From an uncultured Bacteroidales bacterium (lineage in GTDB: Bacteria > Bacteroidota > Bacteroidia > Bacteroidales > UBA932): a stretch of 64,000 bases of DNA. The stretch covers positions 42,880 to 106,879 of the forward strand of contig CAMEWE010000002.1 in assembly GCA_945939695.1 (NCBI GenBank), written 5' to 3'. Below the pieces are notes generated by a model, which was not told where the DNA came from, searched no databases, and saw only the letters and a program-made list of their open reading frames with translations. The position numbers and the translations under genes were made by a program. Of this stretch, positions 36,068-45,802 are shown piece after piece; positions within the stretch are counted from its first letter, which is position 1; every line of letters begins with the position of its first letter.

Positions 36068-36099
36068 TTTGGTGGTTTCGGAAATTATTCCTAAATTCG
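36068..36099 (+). promoter_or_regulatory. Probable rplU promoter: TTTG, 20 nt, TAAATTCG
   Basis: One mismatch to TAnnTTTG with canonical spacing. Confidence 0.55.
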
Positions 36100-36187
36100 C
36101 GGTCCGAATGATTATGGCCGATGAGCTTGACAAGAGCTGCCCGGGTGGGCAGACGCTTACGGTCGAAACTTTATAAAAGAAGTTTTA

Positions 36188-36499
36188 ATGTACGCAATCG
36201 TAGACATTGCAGGCCAGCAGTTCAAAGTTGAAGCTGGAAATGAGATCTTTGTGCAGAGGCTCGCTGATGCCAAAGGTGCTGACGTGGAGTTCAAGAAGGT
36301 CCTTCTCGTGGCTGACGATGCCAATGTGAAGGTGGGAGCTCCTTATGTGGACGGAGCAGTAGTGAAGGCTACCGTGCTCGATGATGATGTTAAAGCTGAC
36401 AAGGTGCTTGTTTTCAAGAAGATCCGTCGCAAGGGCTTCCAGAAGCTCAACGGTCACCGTCAGAAACTTACCAAGATTAAGATTAACGAAATCGCTTAA
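36188..36499 (+). CDS. rplU: 50S ribosomal protein L21
   Basis: [14 protein letters not shown]...GHRQKLT. Confidence 0.97.
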   Translation: MYAIVDIAGQQFKVEAGNEIFVQRLADAKGADVEFKKVLLVADDANVKVGAPYVDGAVVKATVLDDDVKADKVLVFKKIRRKGFQKLNGHRQKLTKIKINEIA

Positions 36500-36504
36500 G
36501 GATT

Positions 36505-36765
36505 ATGGCACACAAGAAAGGTCAATCAAGTTCTAAGAACGGTCGTGAGTCACAAAGCAAACGCCTTGGTCTCAAGAAATTCGGCGGCGAAGTAGTTAAA
36601 GCCGGAAATATCATCGTACGTCAGAGAGGTACCGTGCACAATCCTGACAAGAACGTCGGAATGGGTAAGGACCACACTCTCTATGCGCTCGTAGACGGTA
36701 CAGTGAAGTTCACCCGCAAGAGGGAGAACAAATCCTATGTATCGGTAATTCCTTTTGAGAACTAA
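36505..36765 (+). CDS. rpmA: 50S ribosomal protein L27
   Basis: [16 protein letters not shown]...KRLG. Confidence 0.98.
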   Translation: MAHKKGQSSSKNGRESQSKRLGLKKFGGEVVKAGNIIVRQRGTVHNPDKNVGMGKDHTLYALVDGTVKFTRKRENKSYVSVIPFEN

Positions 36766-36784
36766 CTCGAAGGATCAGTAGATG

Positions 36785-36830
36785 ACAAAGGGCTTGCACT
36801 TCGAGTTGAGTGTGGGTCCTTTGTTTTTTT
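36785..36830 (+). terminator. Intrinsic terminator after rpmA
   Basis: About 17-bp stem (ACAAAGG.../...CCTTTGT, with G-U pairs) followed by a T-run. Confidence 0.7.
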
Positions 36831-36865
36831 GAGGATATAAGTCATACAATATAAATTTCAGAGTC

Positions 36866-38137
36866 ATGTTGACACTCAAAATGCTTCGCGACGACCCTAA
36901 GGCCGTGATTGAGAAGCTCGCAATCAAAAATTTTGACGCCGCCCCTATTGTGGACAGGGTGCTCGAACTCGACGCTCTGCGCCGCAAGCTCCAGACCGAA
37001 AGCGATGCTCTGCTGGCCGAGCAGAACAGGAAGGCCGCAGAAATCGGAGGACTTATGAAGAAAGGCCTCAAGGAAGAGGCTGAACAGGTAAAGGCTGCTG
37101 TTGCAGAGCTCAAGGCAAAGTCGGGTGAACTTCTTGCCGGGATGGATGCTGCCGGAAAGGAACTCGAGGAAAAGCTCGTACTCCTACCTAATGTTCCTTG
37201 CTCGCTTGTGAAGCCGGGCAAGGGCGCTGAAGACAATGAGGTGGTCAAGATGGGTGGTCCCGAGGTCAAACTTCCTGATAATGCCCTCCCTCACTGGGAA
37301 CTCGCCAAGAAATACGATATCATTGATTTCGACCTCGGCGTAAAGATTACCGGAGCAGGTTTTCCGGTTTACAAGGGAAAGGGCGCAAAGCTCCAGAGGG
37401 CATTGATCAACTTCTTCCTTGACTGCAATACCGCAGCCGGCTATAAGGAGGTTGAACCTCCTGTCATGGTGAACGCAGCTTCAGGTTTCGGTACCGGCCA
37501 GCTTCCTGACAAGGAAGGCCAGATGTACCACGCAAACCTTGATGATTTCTATATGGTACCTACGGCTGAAGTGCCTGTGACCAACATTTTCAGGGATGTG
37601 ATCCTTGCCGTGGGAGAAATCCCTCAGAGGCTCACTGCCTACACACCTTGCTTCCGTCGCGAGGCCGGCTCTTATGGCAAGGACGTGCGCGGACTCAACC
37701 GCCTGCACCAGTTCGACAAGGTGGAGATCGTGCGCGTGGAGAAGCCTGAAGATTCATACAAGGCTCTGGACGATATGGTTGCACACGTGGAATCCCTGGT
37801 GAACAAGCTCGGTCTCAAGTACCGCATACTCCGTCTGTGCGGCGGCGACTTGAGTTTTACCTCTGCAATCACCTATGACTTCGAGCTCTGGTCAGCAGCT
37901 CAGCAGCGTTGGCTTGAGATTTCTTCTGTTTCCAACTTCGAAACCTACCAGGCCAACCGCCTGCACCTTCGTTATCGTGATGAGAACGGAAAGACTCAGC
38001 TCGCACACACTCTCAACGGCAGCTCACTTGCCCTCCCGCGCGTAGTGGCAGCCCTGCTTGAAGACAATCAGACCCCGGACGGCATCATCATCCCTGAAGT
38101 TCTCCGTCCATATACAGGATTTGACAAGATTGACTGA
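36866..38137 (+). CDS. serS: Serine-tRNA ligase
   Basis: PTAEVP, FRREAGS...RLHQFDKVE, EISSVSN, HTLNGS. Confidence 0.97.
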   Translation: MLTLKMLRDDPKAVIEKLAIKNFDAAPIVDRVLELDALRRKLQTESDALLAEQNRKAAEIGGLMKKGLKEEAEQVKAAVAELKAKSGELLAGMDAAGKELEEKLVLLPNVPCSLVKPGKGAEDNEVVKMGGPEVKLPDNALPHWELAKKYDIIDFDLGVKITGAGFPVYKGKGAKLQRALINFFLDCNTAAGYKEVEPPVMVNAASGFGTGQLPDKEGQMYHANLDDFYMVPTAEVPVTNIFRDVILAVGEIPQRLTAYTPCFRREAGSYGKDVRGLNRLHQFDKVEIVRVEKPEDSYKALDDMVAHVESLVNKLGLKYRILRLCGGDLSFTSAITYDFELWSAAQQRWLEISSVSNFETYQANRLHLRYRDENGKTQLAHTLNGSSLALPRVVAALLEDNQTPDGIIIPEVLRPYTGFDKID

Positions 38138-38693
38138 CAAGAGCAGAACAATAATAGGCATTGATCCCGGAACCAATATTTTAGGTTTCGGGATTGTGCG
38201 TGTTGATGCCGCCGGGAAGCCGCATTACGTGGATATGGGTGTGGTGGACCTGAGGAAGATTGACTCGGCCTATGATAAACTTGAAATAATCTATGAAAAG
38301 GTAGGTGCGCTCTGCGACCTGTACCGCCCCGATGATATGGCAATCGAATCACCCTTTTACGCAAAGAATGCGCAAGTGATTTTCAAGCTCGGAAGAGCTC
38401 AGGGGGCAGCTATGATTTCCGCCCTTTCGAGAGGGGTCAAAGTGTATGAATATGCCCCACGAAAGGCGAAAATGGCCATATGCGGCAATGGTGCCGCTTC
38501 CAAGGAACAGGTCAGCCTTATGGTGCAGAAGACGCTTGGCACAAAAATTGAAAATAAATTCCTGGACGCTACAGACGCGCTGGCACTCGCTATGTGCCAC
38601 TTCTATCAAGTTACAAGTCCGCTTGCTCAGTCAGGGCAGACTTCCGGCTCGTGGGAACAGTTCATAGCCTCCAATCCCGACAGGGCGAAATAA
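38130..38693 (+). CDS. ruvC: Crossover junction endodeoxyribonuclease RuvC
   Basis: IIGIDPG, AIESPF, LGRAQG, GNGAASKEQV, DATDALA. No ATG; the start is probably TTG 38130 (or 38121), overlapping the serS stop. Confidence 0.9.
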   Translation: MTDKSRTIIGIDPGTNILGFGIVRVDAAGKPHYVDMGVVDLRKIDSAYDKLEIIYEKVGALCDLYRPDDMAIESPFYAKNAQVIFKLGRAQGAAMISALSRGVKVYEYAPRKAKMAICGNGAASKEQVSLMVQKTLGTKIENKFLDATDALALAMCHFYQVTSPLAQSGQTSGSWEQFIASNPDRAK

Positions 38694-38721
38694 CCAGACG
38701 ATTATTATTATTGGTTAGAAT

Positions 38722-41682
38722 ATGAACAAGTTGAGATTATCCTCAATGCTGGGCTTTTTGTTTTTAAGCCTTAGCCTCTTTGCCCAGAACACTGTGAAAT
38801 TGGTTCTGGTTGATGACTCGGACGGCAGCCCTGTGGGCTTCGCGACAGTCTCCCTTGTAAAGGACGGACAGTCCAAACCTTCAAACTATGCCCTTTCTGA
38901 CAGCGAGGGAAACGTCAAGATTGAATCAGTCAAGAACGGATCATATACCCTGAAAGCGGAATTGATGGGATATGTCACCCATACCCAGAAAATCAAAATG
39001 GAATCCAAAGCTCTCGACCTGGGCACGATAAAGCTCAAGGTTGACGCCGAGGTGATTGATGCCGCTTCCGTGTCCGCTACCGGTAATGCAGTGATAATCA
39101 AGAAGGATACGGTGGAATATACGGCTTCAGCCTTCAAGACCACCGACAACGATATGCTGGAGGATCTCCTGAAAAAACTTCCTGGAGTGGAGGTCTCCGA
39201 AGACGGTTCCATCACAGCCAACGGCGAGACCATCACAAAAATTACCATCGATGGCAAGACCTTCTTTCTGGATGACCCGCAGCTCGCTTCGAAGAACATT
39301 CCCGCAAAGATGATCAACAAGCTTAAGGTCATACAGAAGAAGTCCGAGCAGGCCGAGTTTACCGGCATAGACGACGGCGAGGAGGAGACGGTGATCGACC
39401 TCTCCGTGCAGAAGGGTATGATGAGAGGTCTTTTCGGCCAGGTCAGCGCCGGTGCCGGTTCAGACGTGCCTTCACAGCCGGAAATAGAGCCTGAACTCAG
39501 GTACTTGGGCAACGCCTTCATAGGCAAGTTCAATGAGGATACCCAGATCAGCTTGATACTCAACGGCAACAATACCAACAACCGCGGTGCTACCAACCGT
39601 TCCGGCAATATGATGATGAATATGCGCGGAGGCGGAATGGGAGGCGGCCAGGGCGGCTGGGGCGGAGGCAACGGCATCACCACTTCCTATATGGGTGGTT
39701 TGAATGCGGCTTCCACCTTCTTCGACGGAAATATGCAACTTGGAGGCAACTATATTTACAATTACAACCGCAACGACGTGGAGGAGAGTTCAATGAAGAC
39801 GACCTATCTTCAGGACAACAACCTCATCTATATGAGCGGCGGCAAGAGCACCACCAATTCCGGCGGCCACAATTTCGGCTTCCGTCTGGAGCACAAGTTC
39901 TCCGAGAATACTTCCATACTCTTCGAGCCTCAGATTACCATAGGCAACGGCAGCTATGTGCAGACCAGCCGTGACACCACCTACAACGACAACCTTATGG
40001 GCTCGGTGGACAAAATCAACACCTCATTCACCGATAACTTCGGGGACAACAAGAACGTTTCCGCGAGCGGCCGCTTCCTGCTCCGCCAGCGCCTCGGAAT
40101 TCCGGGACGAACAATGACCCTGAACATGAATTTCAGAGCAACGGACAACAAGCTCACCGGTTACAACAAGAACGGCATCACCACTTACGGCGACAATGCT
40201 TCCGTGCAGAAGGTGACCCAGCAGTTCGACAATGACCAGAACTCATATTCCGTTGACGGACGCCTCACCTATACCGAACCTCTCGGCAACCGTTTCTATG
40301 TGGAAGCCAACTACTCCTATTCCTGGAGCAAGTCTGTCTCCGACAAACTCACATACGATATGGAGAACGGTGGGGCAATCGACTACAACTACACCAACAA
40401 GATCATCAATCAGACCGACCGTCAGCAGATAGGAGCCAACGTGCTCTACCAGAGCGACAAGCTTCGTGCCCAGGTGGGCTTCTCGGCAATACCTACCAAG
40501 ACCTACAACAGTACCACCAAGTACGATGCTCTCAGCCAGAGTTACTCGCCTCAGGAATACACAGACTTCAGGTGGAACTTCTCCCCTCAGGCAATGGTGA
40601 GCTTCGAACCGAATGACAGCTACAGCGGCCGTCTCTTCTACAGGGGAACCTCAAGCCAGCCGTCCACCTCACAGCTCATGCCGGTGCCTGACAACTCTGA
40701 CCCTCTTAACGTAAGTTTCGGTAACCCTTCGCTTACCCCGTATTTCAACCACAACATACGCCTTAATTTACGCTACTCCAACAGGCAGAAGTTTGCGTCA
40801 GCAAATGTGAGTCTCACGGGAGGTTTCACCCAGAACCCTATTGTAAGCTCAGTATGGTATGGCTCCAACGGCGCTCAGTACACTATGCCTTTCAATGGTC
40901 CTACCACCGCAAATGCAGGCGGAAACATGTTCTGCAACTTCCCTATCGGAAAGAGCAACTTCTCCGTCAACAATTCCCTTGGCCTCAACTGGAGGATGAG
41001 TGCGTCATATGTCGGTACGGACGTGGATATGAGCGTGTATGACGATAAGGGGTACTACGACTTCATGGAGTGGTTCATAGACAAGTTCAACGATCCGACC
41101 TACTACTCGAACCATATAGCCGAGAACATTACCAACACCGTTAGTGCCAACGAGCGCCTCAGGCTGAGGTACAGCGGCAAGTCCATCGAGGCATCGCTGG
41201 GTGCCAGCACCAGAATGAACAAGTCCTGGTATTCCATTTCCACGATGAAGGATCAGACTACAACCTGGAACAATCAGGTATCCATGGAACTCAACTGGGA
41301 CCTCAGTTCCATCGGTATGACCCTTTCCGGAGAGGCCGATTACAACTGGTATAACGGATATTCCACTCCTCAGCCGTCCCAGTGCGTGCTGAATGCAGAA
41401 ATCTCCAAACTCCTCTTCAACAACAACGTCACCCTCGCCCTGCGCGGCTATGACCTTCTCGGACAGTCCAAGAACCTTACCGTCACCGACAGTGCCAACT
41501 ACCACAGCGAGGCCATCAACAACACTCTCGGAAGATACGTGGTGCTTTCTCTCTCCTGGAGGTTCGGTACTATGGGCCAGAGGGGTGGCAGACGTCATTC
41601 CGGCGGTCCTGCTGGCCCTGGAGCTCCTCCTGCAGGCGGTCCGGGTATGCCTCCACCGGGCGGCGGAATGCGAATGATGTAG
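38722..41682 (+). CDS. Outer-membrane beta-barrel protein with N-terminal carboxypeptidase-regulatory-like domain and plug-like region
   Basis: Signal peptide, PVGFATVSL, DTVEY.A..F, LEDLLKKLPGVEV, N/S/T/Y-rich strands, final strand LSLSWRF. Confidence 0.8.
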   Translation: MNKLRLSSMLGFLFLSLSLFAQNTVKLVLVDDSDGSPVGFATVSLVKDGQSKPSNYALSDSEGNVKIESVKNGSYTLKAELMGYVTHTQKIKMESKALDLGTIKLKVDAEVIDAASVSATGNAVIIKKDTVEYTASAFKTTDNDMLEDLLKKLPGVEVSEDGSITANGETITKITIDGKTFFLDDPQLASKNIPAKMINKLKVIQKKSEQAEFTGIDDGEEETVIDLSVQKGMMRGLFGQVSAGAGSDVPSQPEIEPELRYLGNAFIGKFNEDTQISLILNGNNTNNRGATNRSGNMMMNMRGGGMGGGQGGWGGGNGITTSYMGGLNAASTFFDGNMQLGGNYIYNYNRNDVEESSMKTTYLQDNNLIYMSGGKSTTNSGGHNFGFRLEHKFSENTSILFEPQITIGNGSYVQTSRDTTYNDNLMGSVDKINTSFTDNFGDNKNVSASGRFLLRQRLGIPGRTMTLNMNFRATDNKLTGYNKNGITTYGDNASVQKVTQQFDNDQNSYSVDGRLTYTEPLGNRFYVEANYSYSWSKSVSDKLTYDMENGGAIDYNYTNKIINQTDRQQIGANVLYQSDKLRAQVGFSAIPTKTYNSTTKYDALSQSYSPQEYTDFRWNFSPQAMVSFEPNDSYSGRLFYRGTSSQPSTSQLMPVPDNSDPLNVSFGNPSLTPYFNHNIRLNLRYSNRQKFASANVSLTGGFTQNPIVSSVWYGSNGAQYTMPFNGPTTANAGGNMFCNFPIGKSNFSVNNSLGLNWRMSASYVGTDVDMSVYDDKGYYDFMEWFIDKFNDPTYYSNHIAENITNTVSANERLRLRYSGKSIEASLGASTRMNKSWYSISTMKDQTTTWNNQVSMELNWDLSSIGMTLSGEADYNWYNGYSTPQPSQCVLNAEISKLLFNNNVTLALRGYDLLGQSKNLTVTDSANYHSEAINNTLGRYVVLSLSWRFGTMGQRGGRRHSGGPAGPGAPPAGGPGMPPPGGGMRMM

Positions 41683-41715
41683 AAATACAAAAAAATATGA
41701 GTATATTTGCCGTCT

Positions 41716-42345
41716 ATGACGTTAGAGCTCGTAAAGGCATTGCTTGTGGGTATCATCGCCGCCCTTCCCGTTGGACCGGTACTGATGATGGTCATCCACA
41801 AAACCCTTGAGGGAGGAAAGACGGCAGGTATGATGACAGGATTCGGCTCGGCCGTGGGGGATTCATTCCTTGCCGCGGTCGGGCTGTTGACTTTGGGTGC
41901 GATAGAGGAATTCATACTCCGCTATTCGGGCCCGATAATGCTGGTGGGATCCGTGCTCCTTATGGCAGTGGGCCTGAGTATGGCTCTGACTGCCACGGTG
42001 CCTGACGTAAACAGCGTGCTTGCTCCGCGCAGCAAGAAGACCCTCGCCTCGTATTCGCTCCAGGCCATGTTGGCTGTGTTTTCGAATCCGGCTGCGTATG
42101 CGCTTATGTTCGGTCTGCTTGGCATTATGCATCTGGCATACTCGGACAGATTGTCTCCGTCCTGGGCCGTAGTGCTTTGTGTGGGTCTGGGTGAACTGCT
42201 CTACTGGGCTCTGGTGGTTTACGTGCTCGCCCGTTTCGTGAAGGTGAAGACCAGGACTATGAGGAGAATCAAGAAGGGTGCCGGGATAGTAGTATGCTGC
42301 TTTTCCGTGGCTTTGCTTGTCAAGGGTATAGTCACTTTTTTGTAG
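41716..42345 (+). CDS. LysE-family translocator
   Basis: AALPVGPV, G...GFGSAVGD, NPAA. ATG 41716 follows a TATATTTG box at 41702-41709. Confidence 0.8.
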   Translation: MTLELVKALLVGIIAALPVGPVLMMVIHKTLEGGKTAGMMTGFGSAVGDSFLAAVGLLTLGAIEEFILRYSGPIMLVGSVLLMAVGLSMALTATVPDVNSVLAPRSKKTLASYSLQAMLAVFSNPAAYALMFGLLGIMHLAYSDRLSPSWAVVLCVGLGELLYWALVVYVLARFVKVKTRTMRRIKKGAGIVVCCFSVALLVKGIVTFL

Positions 42346-42360
42346 GAAACAATTTCAAAG

Positions 42361-43161
42361 ATGAAGATAAAGGATATTTTTACCAACTGGATAGTGAAGA
42401 ACGTGCTCCTGGCCGTTGCCTTCGTACTGGTGCTGGTGTTCTCCGTGAATGCGCTCCTGGCAGTGGGGACCAGGCACAACAAGGAAATCACTGTTCCTGA
42501 TTTCAGCGGAATGAGCGTTGAAGAGGCTCAGACTGCGGCTTCTGCCGTGGGCGTAAGGGCCGTGGTCACAGATTCCGTTTACGTCAGGCGTATGACTCCG
42601 GGAGCAATTTACATGCAGACGCCCAAGGCCGGTTCGCACGTGAAGAAGGGACGCAAGATACGCCTCACCGCGAATACTATGGTGCCAAGCGAGGTGTATA
42701 TGCCTTCTCTGATAGGCTGCTCGCTGCGCCAGGCGAAAGCGGAGCTCCAGCGCAACGGACTCGAGCTCGGCCGCCTGATCTATGTCAAGGACATTGCGAC
42801 CAACTACGTGCTGAAGCAGCAGCGCTATGGGGTGGATGTCGCCCCCGGCACTCCTATGTCCAGCGGCACTGTAATCAATCTGGTTCTGGGCTTGAGCAGC
42901 GACAACCTCACCAATGTCCCAGACCTCAGCGGCAAGCAGTATCGCGCAGCAGTCGACATGGCCCAGGAGAACTCCCTGAACATAGGTCGTCTCCGCTTCG
43001 ACAATACGGTGAAGAACTATGCCGATACCCTGAGTGCCGTAGTGTACAGGCAGAACCCTGCCGCAGATGCACCGGCAGTCACCAAAGGCAGTGAACTCAC
43101 CCTTTACCTCACCCTGGATACGGAAAAGGTTCCGGCAGGCAAAACCCCAGCCGAAAAATGA
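42361..43161 (+). CDS. PASTA-domain membrane protein
   Basis: N-terminal TM helix, then three repeats beginning VPDFSG / MPSLIG / VPDLSG with QxP motifs. Confidence 0.88.
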   Translation: MKIKDIFTNWIVKNVLLAVAFVLVLVFSVNALLAVGTRHNKEITVPDFSGMSVEEAQTAASAVGVRAVVTDSVYVRRMTPGAIYMQTPKAGSHVKKGRKIRLTANTMVPSEVYMPSLIGCSLRQAKAELQRNGLELGRLIYVKDIATNYVLKQQRYGVDVAPGTPMSSGTVINLVLGLSSDNLTNVPDLSGKQYRAAVDMAQENSLNIGRLRFDNTVKNYADTLSAVVYRQNPAADAPAVTKGSELTLYLTLDTEKVPAGKTPAEK

Positions 43162-44177
43162 CGACAAACGAGGAGCTTTTTGAGCATTTCCGCTTCGAAG
43201 TGGACAAGGGGCAGACCCCGATGCGCATAGACAAGTATATGGCTACGCATATGGAGGATACCTCCCGCAGCCGTGTGCAACAGGCTTTCAAAGAGGGATA
43301 CGTGCGCGTGGGCGACGAACTCGTTAAACCGAACTATATAGTGCGCCCGGGCGACGTGATACGCTTTGTGATGCCCTACCGAAGGCGCGGGCTGGAGATT
43401 CTTCCCCAGGACATACCTCTGAACATAGTGTACGAAGACGAGGATGTGCTGGTGGTGAACAAGCCTGCGGGGATGGTGGTACATCCGGGACACGGTCATT
43501 TCGAGGGTACCCTGATCAATGCGCTTTCCCACCACCTGGGCATATCCCAGGGACCGGAGGCCGAAGATGAGAGGATGGGGGTACTGGTCCACAGGATTGA
43601 CAAGGATACCAGCGGTCTGCTGGCGGTGGCAAAGAACGAGGAATCCCAGCTCAAATTGGCGAAGCAGTTCTTCGACCACAGCATAGAGAGGCGCTACGTG
43701 GCCATAGTGTGGGGAGACATACGCGAGGATGAGGGCACAATCGAGGGCAACATAGGCCGCGACCCCAACGACCGTATGCGTTTCCGTGTGTTCGAGGAGG
43801 AAGACAAGGGAAAGCGTGCGGTCACCCATTACAGGGTGCTGGAACGTTTTGGCTTCGTGACCCTGGTGGAATGCAAACTGGAGACCGGCCGCACCCACCA
43901 GATACGCGTGCATATGTCCCGTCTCGGACATCCCATATTCAACGATGAGCGCTACGGCGGCAACGAAATCCGCAAAGGTACCATCTATTCCAAGTACAGA
44001 CAGTTTATAAGCAACTGCTTCGAGCTCTGCCCGCGTCAGGCGCTGCACGCCAAGACCCTTGGTTTCGTGCACCCTCGCACCGGGGAGTGGCTTCAGTTCG
44101 ATTCCGCCGTTCCGGAAGATATGACCGCGCTTCTGGACAAGTGGAGAAAGTATTGCGGCCAGATGCCTGAAGAATGA
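43158..44177 (+). CDS. rluD: 23S rRNA pseudouridine synthase RluD (S4 + RluA family)
   Basis: RIDKY, NKPAGMVVHPG, HRIDKDTSG, ETGRTHQIRVH, RQALHA. Confidence 0.93.
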   Translation: MTTNEELFEHFRFEVDKGQTPMRIDKYMATHMEDTSRSRVQQAFKEGYVRVGDELVKPNYIVRPGDVIRFVMPYRRRGLEILPQDIPLNIVYEDEDVLVVNKPAGMVVHPGHGHFEGTLINALSHHLGISQGPEAEDERMGVLVHRIDKDTSGLLAVAKNEESQLKLAKQFFDHSIERRYVAIVWGDIREDEGTIEGNIGRDPNDRMRFRVFEEEDKGKRAVTHYRVLERFGFVTLVECKLETGRTHQIRVHMSRLGHPIFNDERYGGNEIRKGTIYSKYRQFISNCFELCPRQALHAKTLGFVHPRTGEWLQFDSAVPEDMTALLDKWRKYCGQMPEE

Positions 44178-45799
44178 AGCGCCCCTCCTTATACCTCCTG
44201 CTTTTGAGCACGGTCTCTGCTGTGCTCCTGAGCCTGCCTTGGCTGGTGCCTCATGCCGGCGCACTTTCACTGGTCGCCTTCCTCCCTCTGCTCTGGGCTG
44301 ATTATGCCGCCGATGAGTTGAAAATCAAGCACTTCTGGCTGTATCACTTCTATTGCTTCGTGCTTTGGAATGCCCTCACCACCTTCTGGGTATGCAATGC
44401 CACTCTGGGCGGCGGCGTTTTCGCCATACTTGCCAACGCTTTTCAGATGTCCCTGGTGTGGGCTTTGTTCCGTCTTGGGAAAAGGTATATGGGAGGCGCG
44501 GTGCCGTACATCTTCCTTGCCGTGATGTGGCTTGCCTGGGAAAGGCATTATTTCGATGTGGACATCTCCTGGCCTTGGCTGACCCTCGGGAACGCCTTTG
44601 CCGGCAGTACCCGCAGCGTGCAGTGGTATGAGTTCACCGGAACTCTGGGCGGCTCACTGTGGATCTGGGCGTGCAACCTTGCGTTCTTCGCTATGCTTCG
44701 CGCTTTCGCTTCGGGCTCCTGGAATGTCTGGAACCGCATTGCGCGCACATCTGCGGTTTTTGGCATAACACTGCTGATTTTCGGCCCTCTGGTGCTTTCC
44801 AAGGCTCTTTATGCCTCATACGAGGAAAAGGCGGAGTCCACTCTGGAAGTAGTGATTGCCCAGCCAAATCTGGATCCATACGAAAAGTTCGAAAGCCTAG
44901 ACCAGAAGCAGCAGAATGCCAGGCTGCTGGGTATCTTCGACTCCGAACTCAAGCGCCTCGGGGACAGTTCGAAAACGCGACTGCTGCTCGCGCCTGAAAC
45001 CTTTACCTCGGACATTTTCCTCAATGACGCGGAGGCTTCCGCGAGTGTGAAGGAATTCCGTGCTTTCCTCGGGAACTATCCCGGCTCGCAGCTGCTTTTC
45101 GGGGCAAGCACCATAGAGACCTACTCCTCTGCAGCGCCTCCGGATATACTTGCAAGGCCTTATGGCAGAGGATGGTATATGAGCCACAACACTGCTTTCC
45201 TGCTCGCCTGTGACCAGCCTTTGCAGAAATACCACAAGAGCAGGCTGGTGGTGGGTGTGGAATCCACTCCATATCCGCGCATCTTCGTGCCTCTGGACAA
45301 CTATCTGTCAAAGCTTTTCCATGTCTCCGGCCTGATGGGACGGTGCAAGGCCCAGGACAATGCCGGCGTGCTCCGCTTCGATGAAGACAGGGCGCTTGGC
45401 TGCGCTATCTGCTATGAATCCGTCTATGGGGAATACTGCACGGAGTACGTGAAGGCAGGAGCAGGAGCCCTGACCGTCATCACCAACGATGCCTGGTGGG
45501 GAGACACTCCCGGCTACAGGCAGCATTTGAACTATTCGCGTCTGCGTGCGATTGAAACCCGCAGGGACATAGCCCGTTGCGGGAATACCGGCATCTCCTG
45601 CTTCATCGATCAGAGGGGAGAAATCAAGGCCAGTACGCAGTGGTGGACTCAGGAAAGCCTTTCCGGAAGCATTGCCTTCAATTCGGAGCAGACTTTCTTC
45701 GTGCGTTGCGGGGATATAGTGGGCAGGGTTTCCACTCTGATGTTCTTCCTTCTCGCTGCTCTGCTTCTGATGCGTCTGGTGATGCGAAAAAAAGTCTAG
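44174..45799 (+). CDS. lnt: Apolipoprotein N-acyltransferase
   Basis: N-terminal TM helices, PWLTLG, and the nitrilase triad PET / YHKSRLV / ICYES. TNDAWWG and RAIETRR. Confidence 0.9.
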   Translation: MKRPSLYLLLLSTVSAVLLSLPWLVPHAGALSLVAFLPLLWADYAADELKIKHFWLYHFYCFVLWNALTTFWVCNATLGGGVFAILANAFQMSLVWALFRLGKRYMGGAVPYIFLAVMWLAWERHYFDVDISWPWLTLGNAFAGSTRSVQWYEFTGTLGGSLWIWACNLAFFAMLRAFASGSWNVWNRIARTSAVFGITLLIFGPLVLSKALYASYEEKAESTLEVVIAQPNLDPYEKFESLDQKQQNARLLGIFDSELKRLGDSSKTRLLLAPETFTSDIFLNDAEASASVKEFRAFLGNYPGSQLLFGASTIETYSSAAPPDILARPYGRGWYMSHNTAFLLACDQPLQKYHKSRLVVGVESTPYPRIFVPLDNYLSKLFHVSGLMGRCKAQDNAGVLRFDEDRALGCAICYESVYGEYCTEYVKAGAGALTVITNDAWWGDTPGYRQHLNYSRLRAIETRRDIARCGNTGISCFIDQRGEIKASTQWWTQESLSGSIAFNSEQTFFVRCGDIVGRVSTLMFFLLAALLLMRLVMRKKV

Positions 45800-45802
45800 A
45801 TT

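Noticed and set aside
36111-36190. Hammerhead-ribozyme look-alike (CCGATGAG ... CGAAAC ... AAGTT) upstream of rplU
   Set aside because: The core has C instead of the invariant U4, stem II does not close properly next to GAAA, and stem I pairing is poor. Kept only as a generic structured leader.
38058-38129. N-terminal extension of RuvC in the ORF track
   Set aside because: It overlaps the serS coding end, and RuvC homology begins at IIGIDPG, so a TTG start near 38130 is more plausible.
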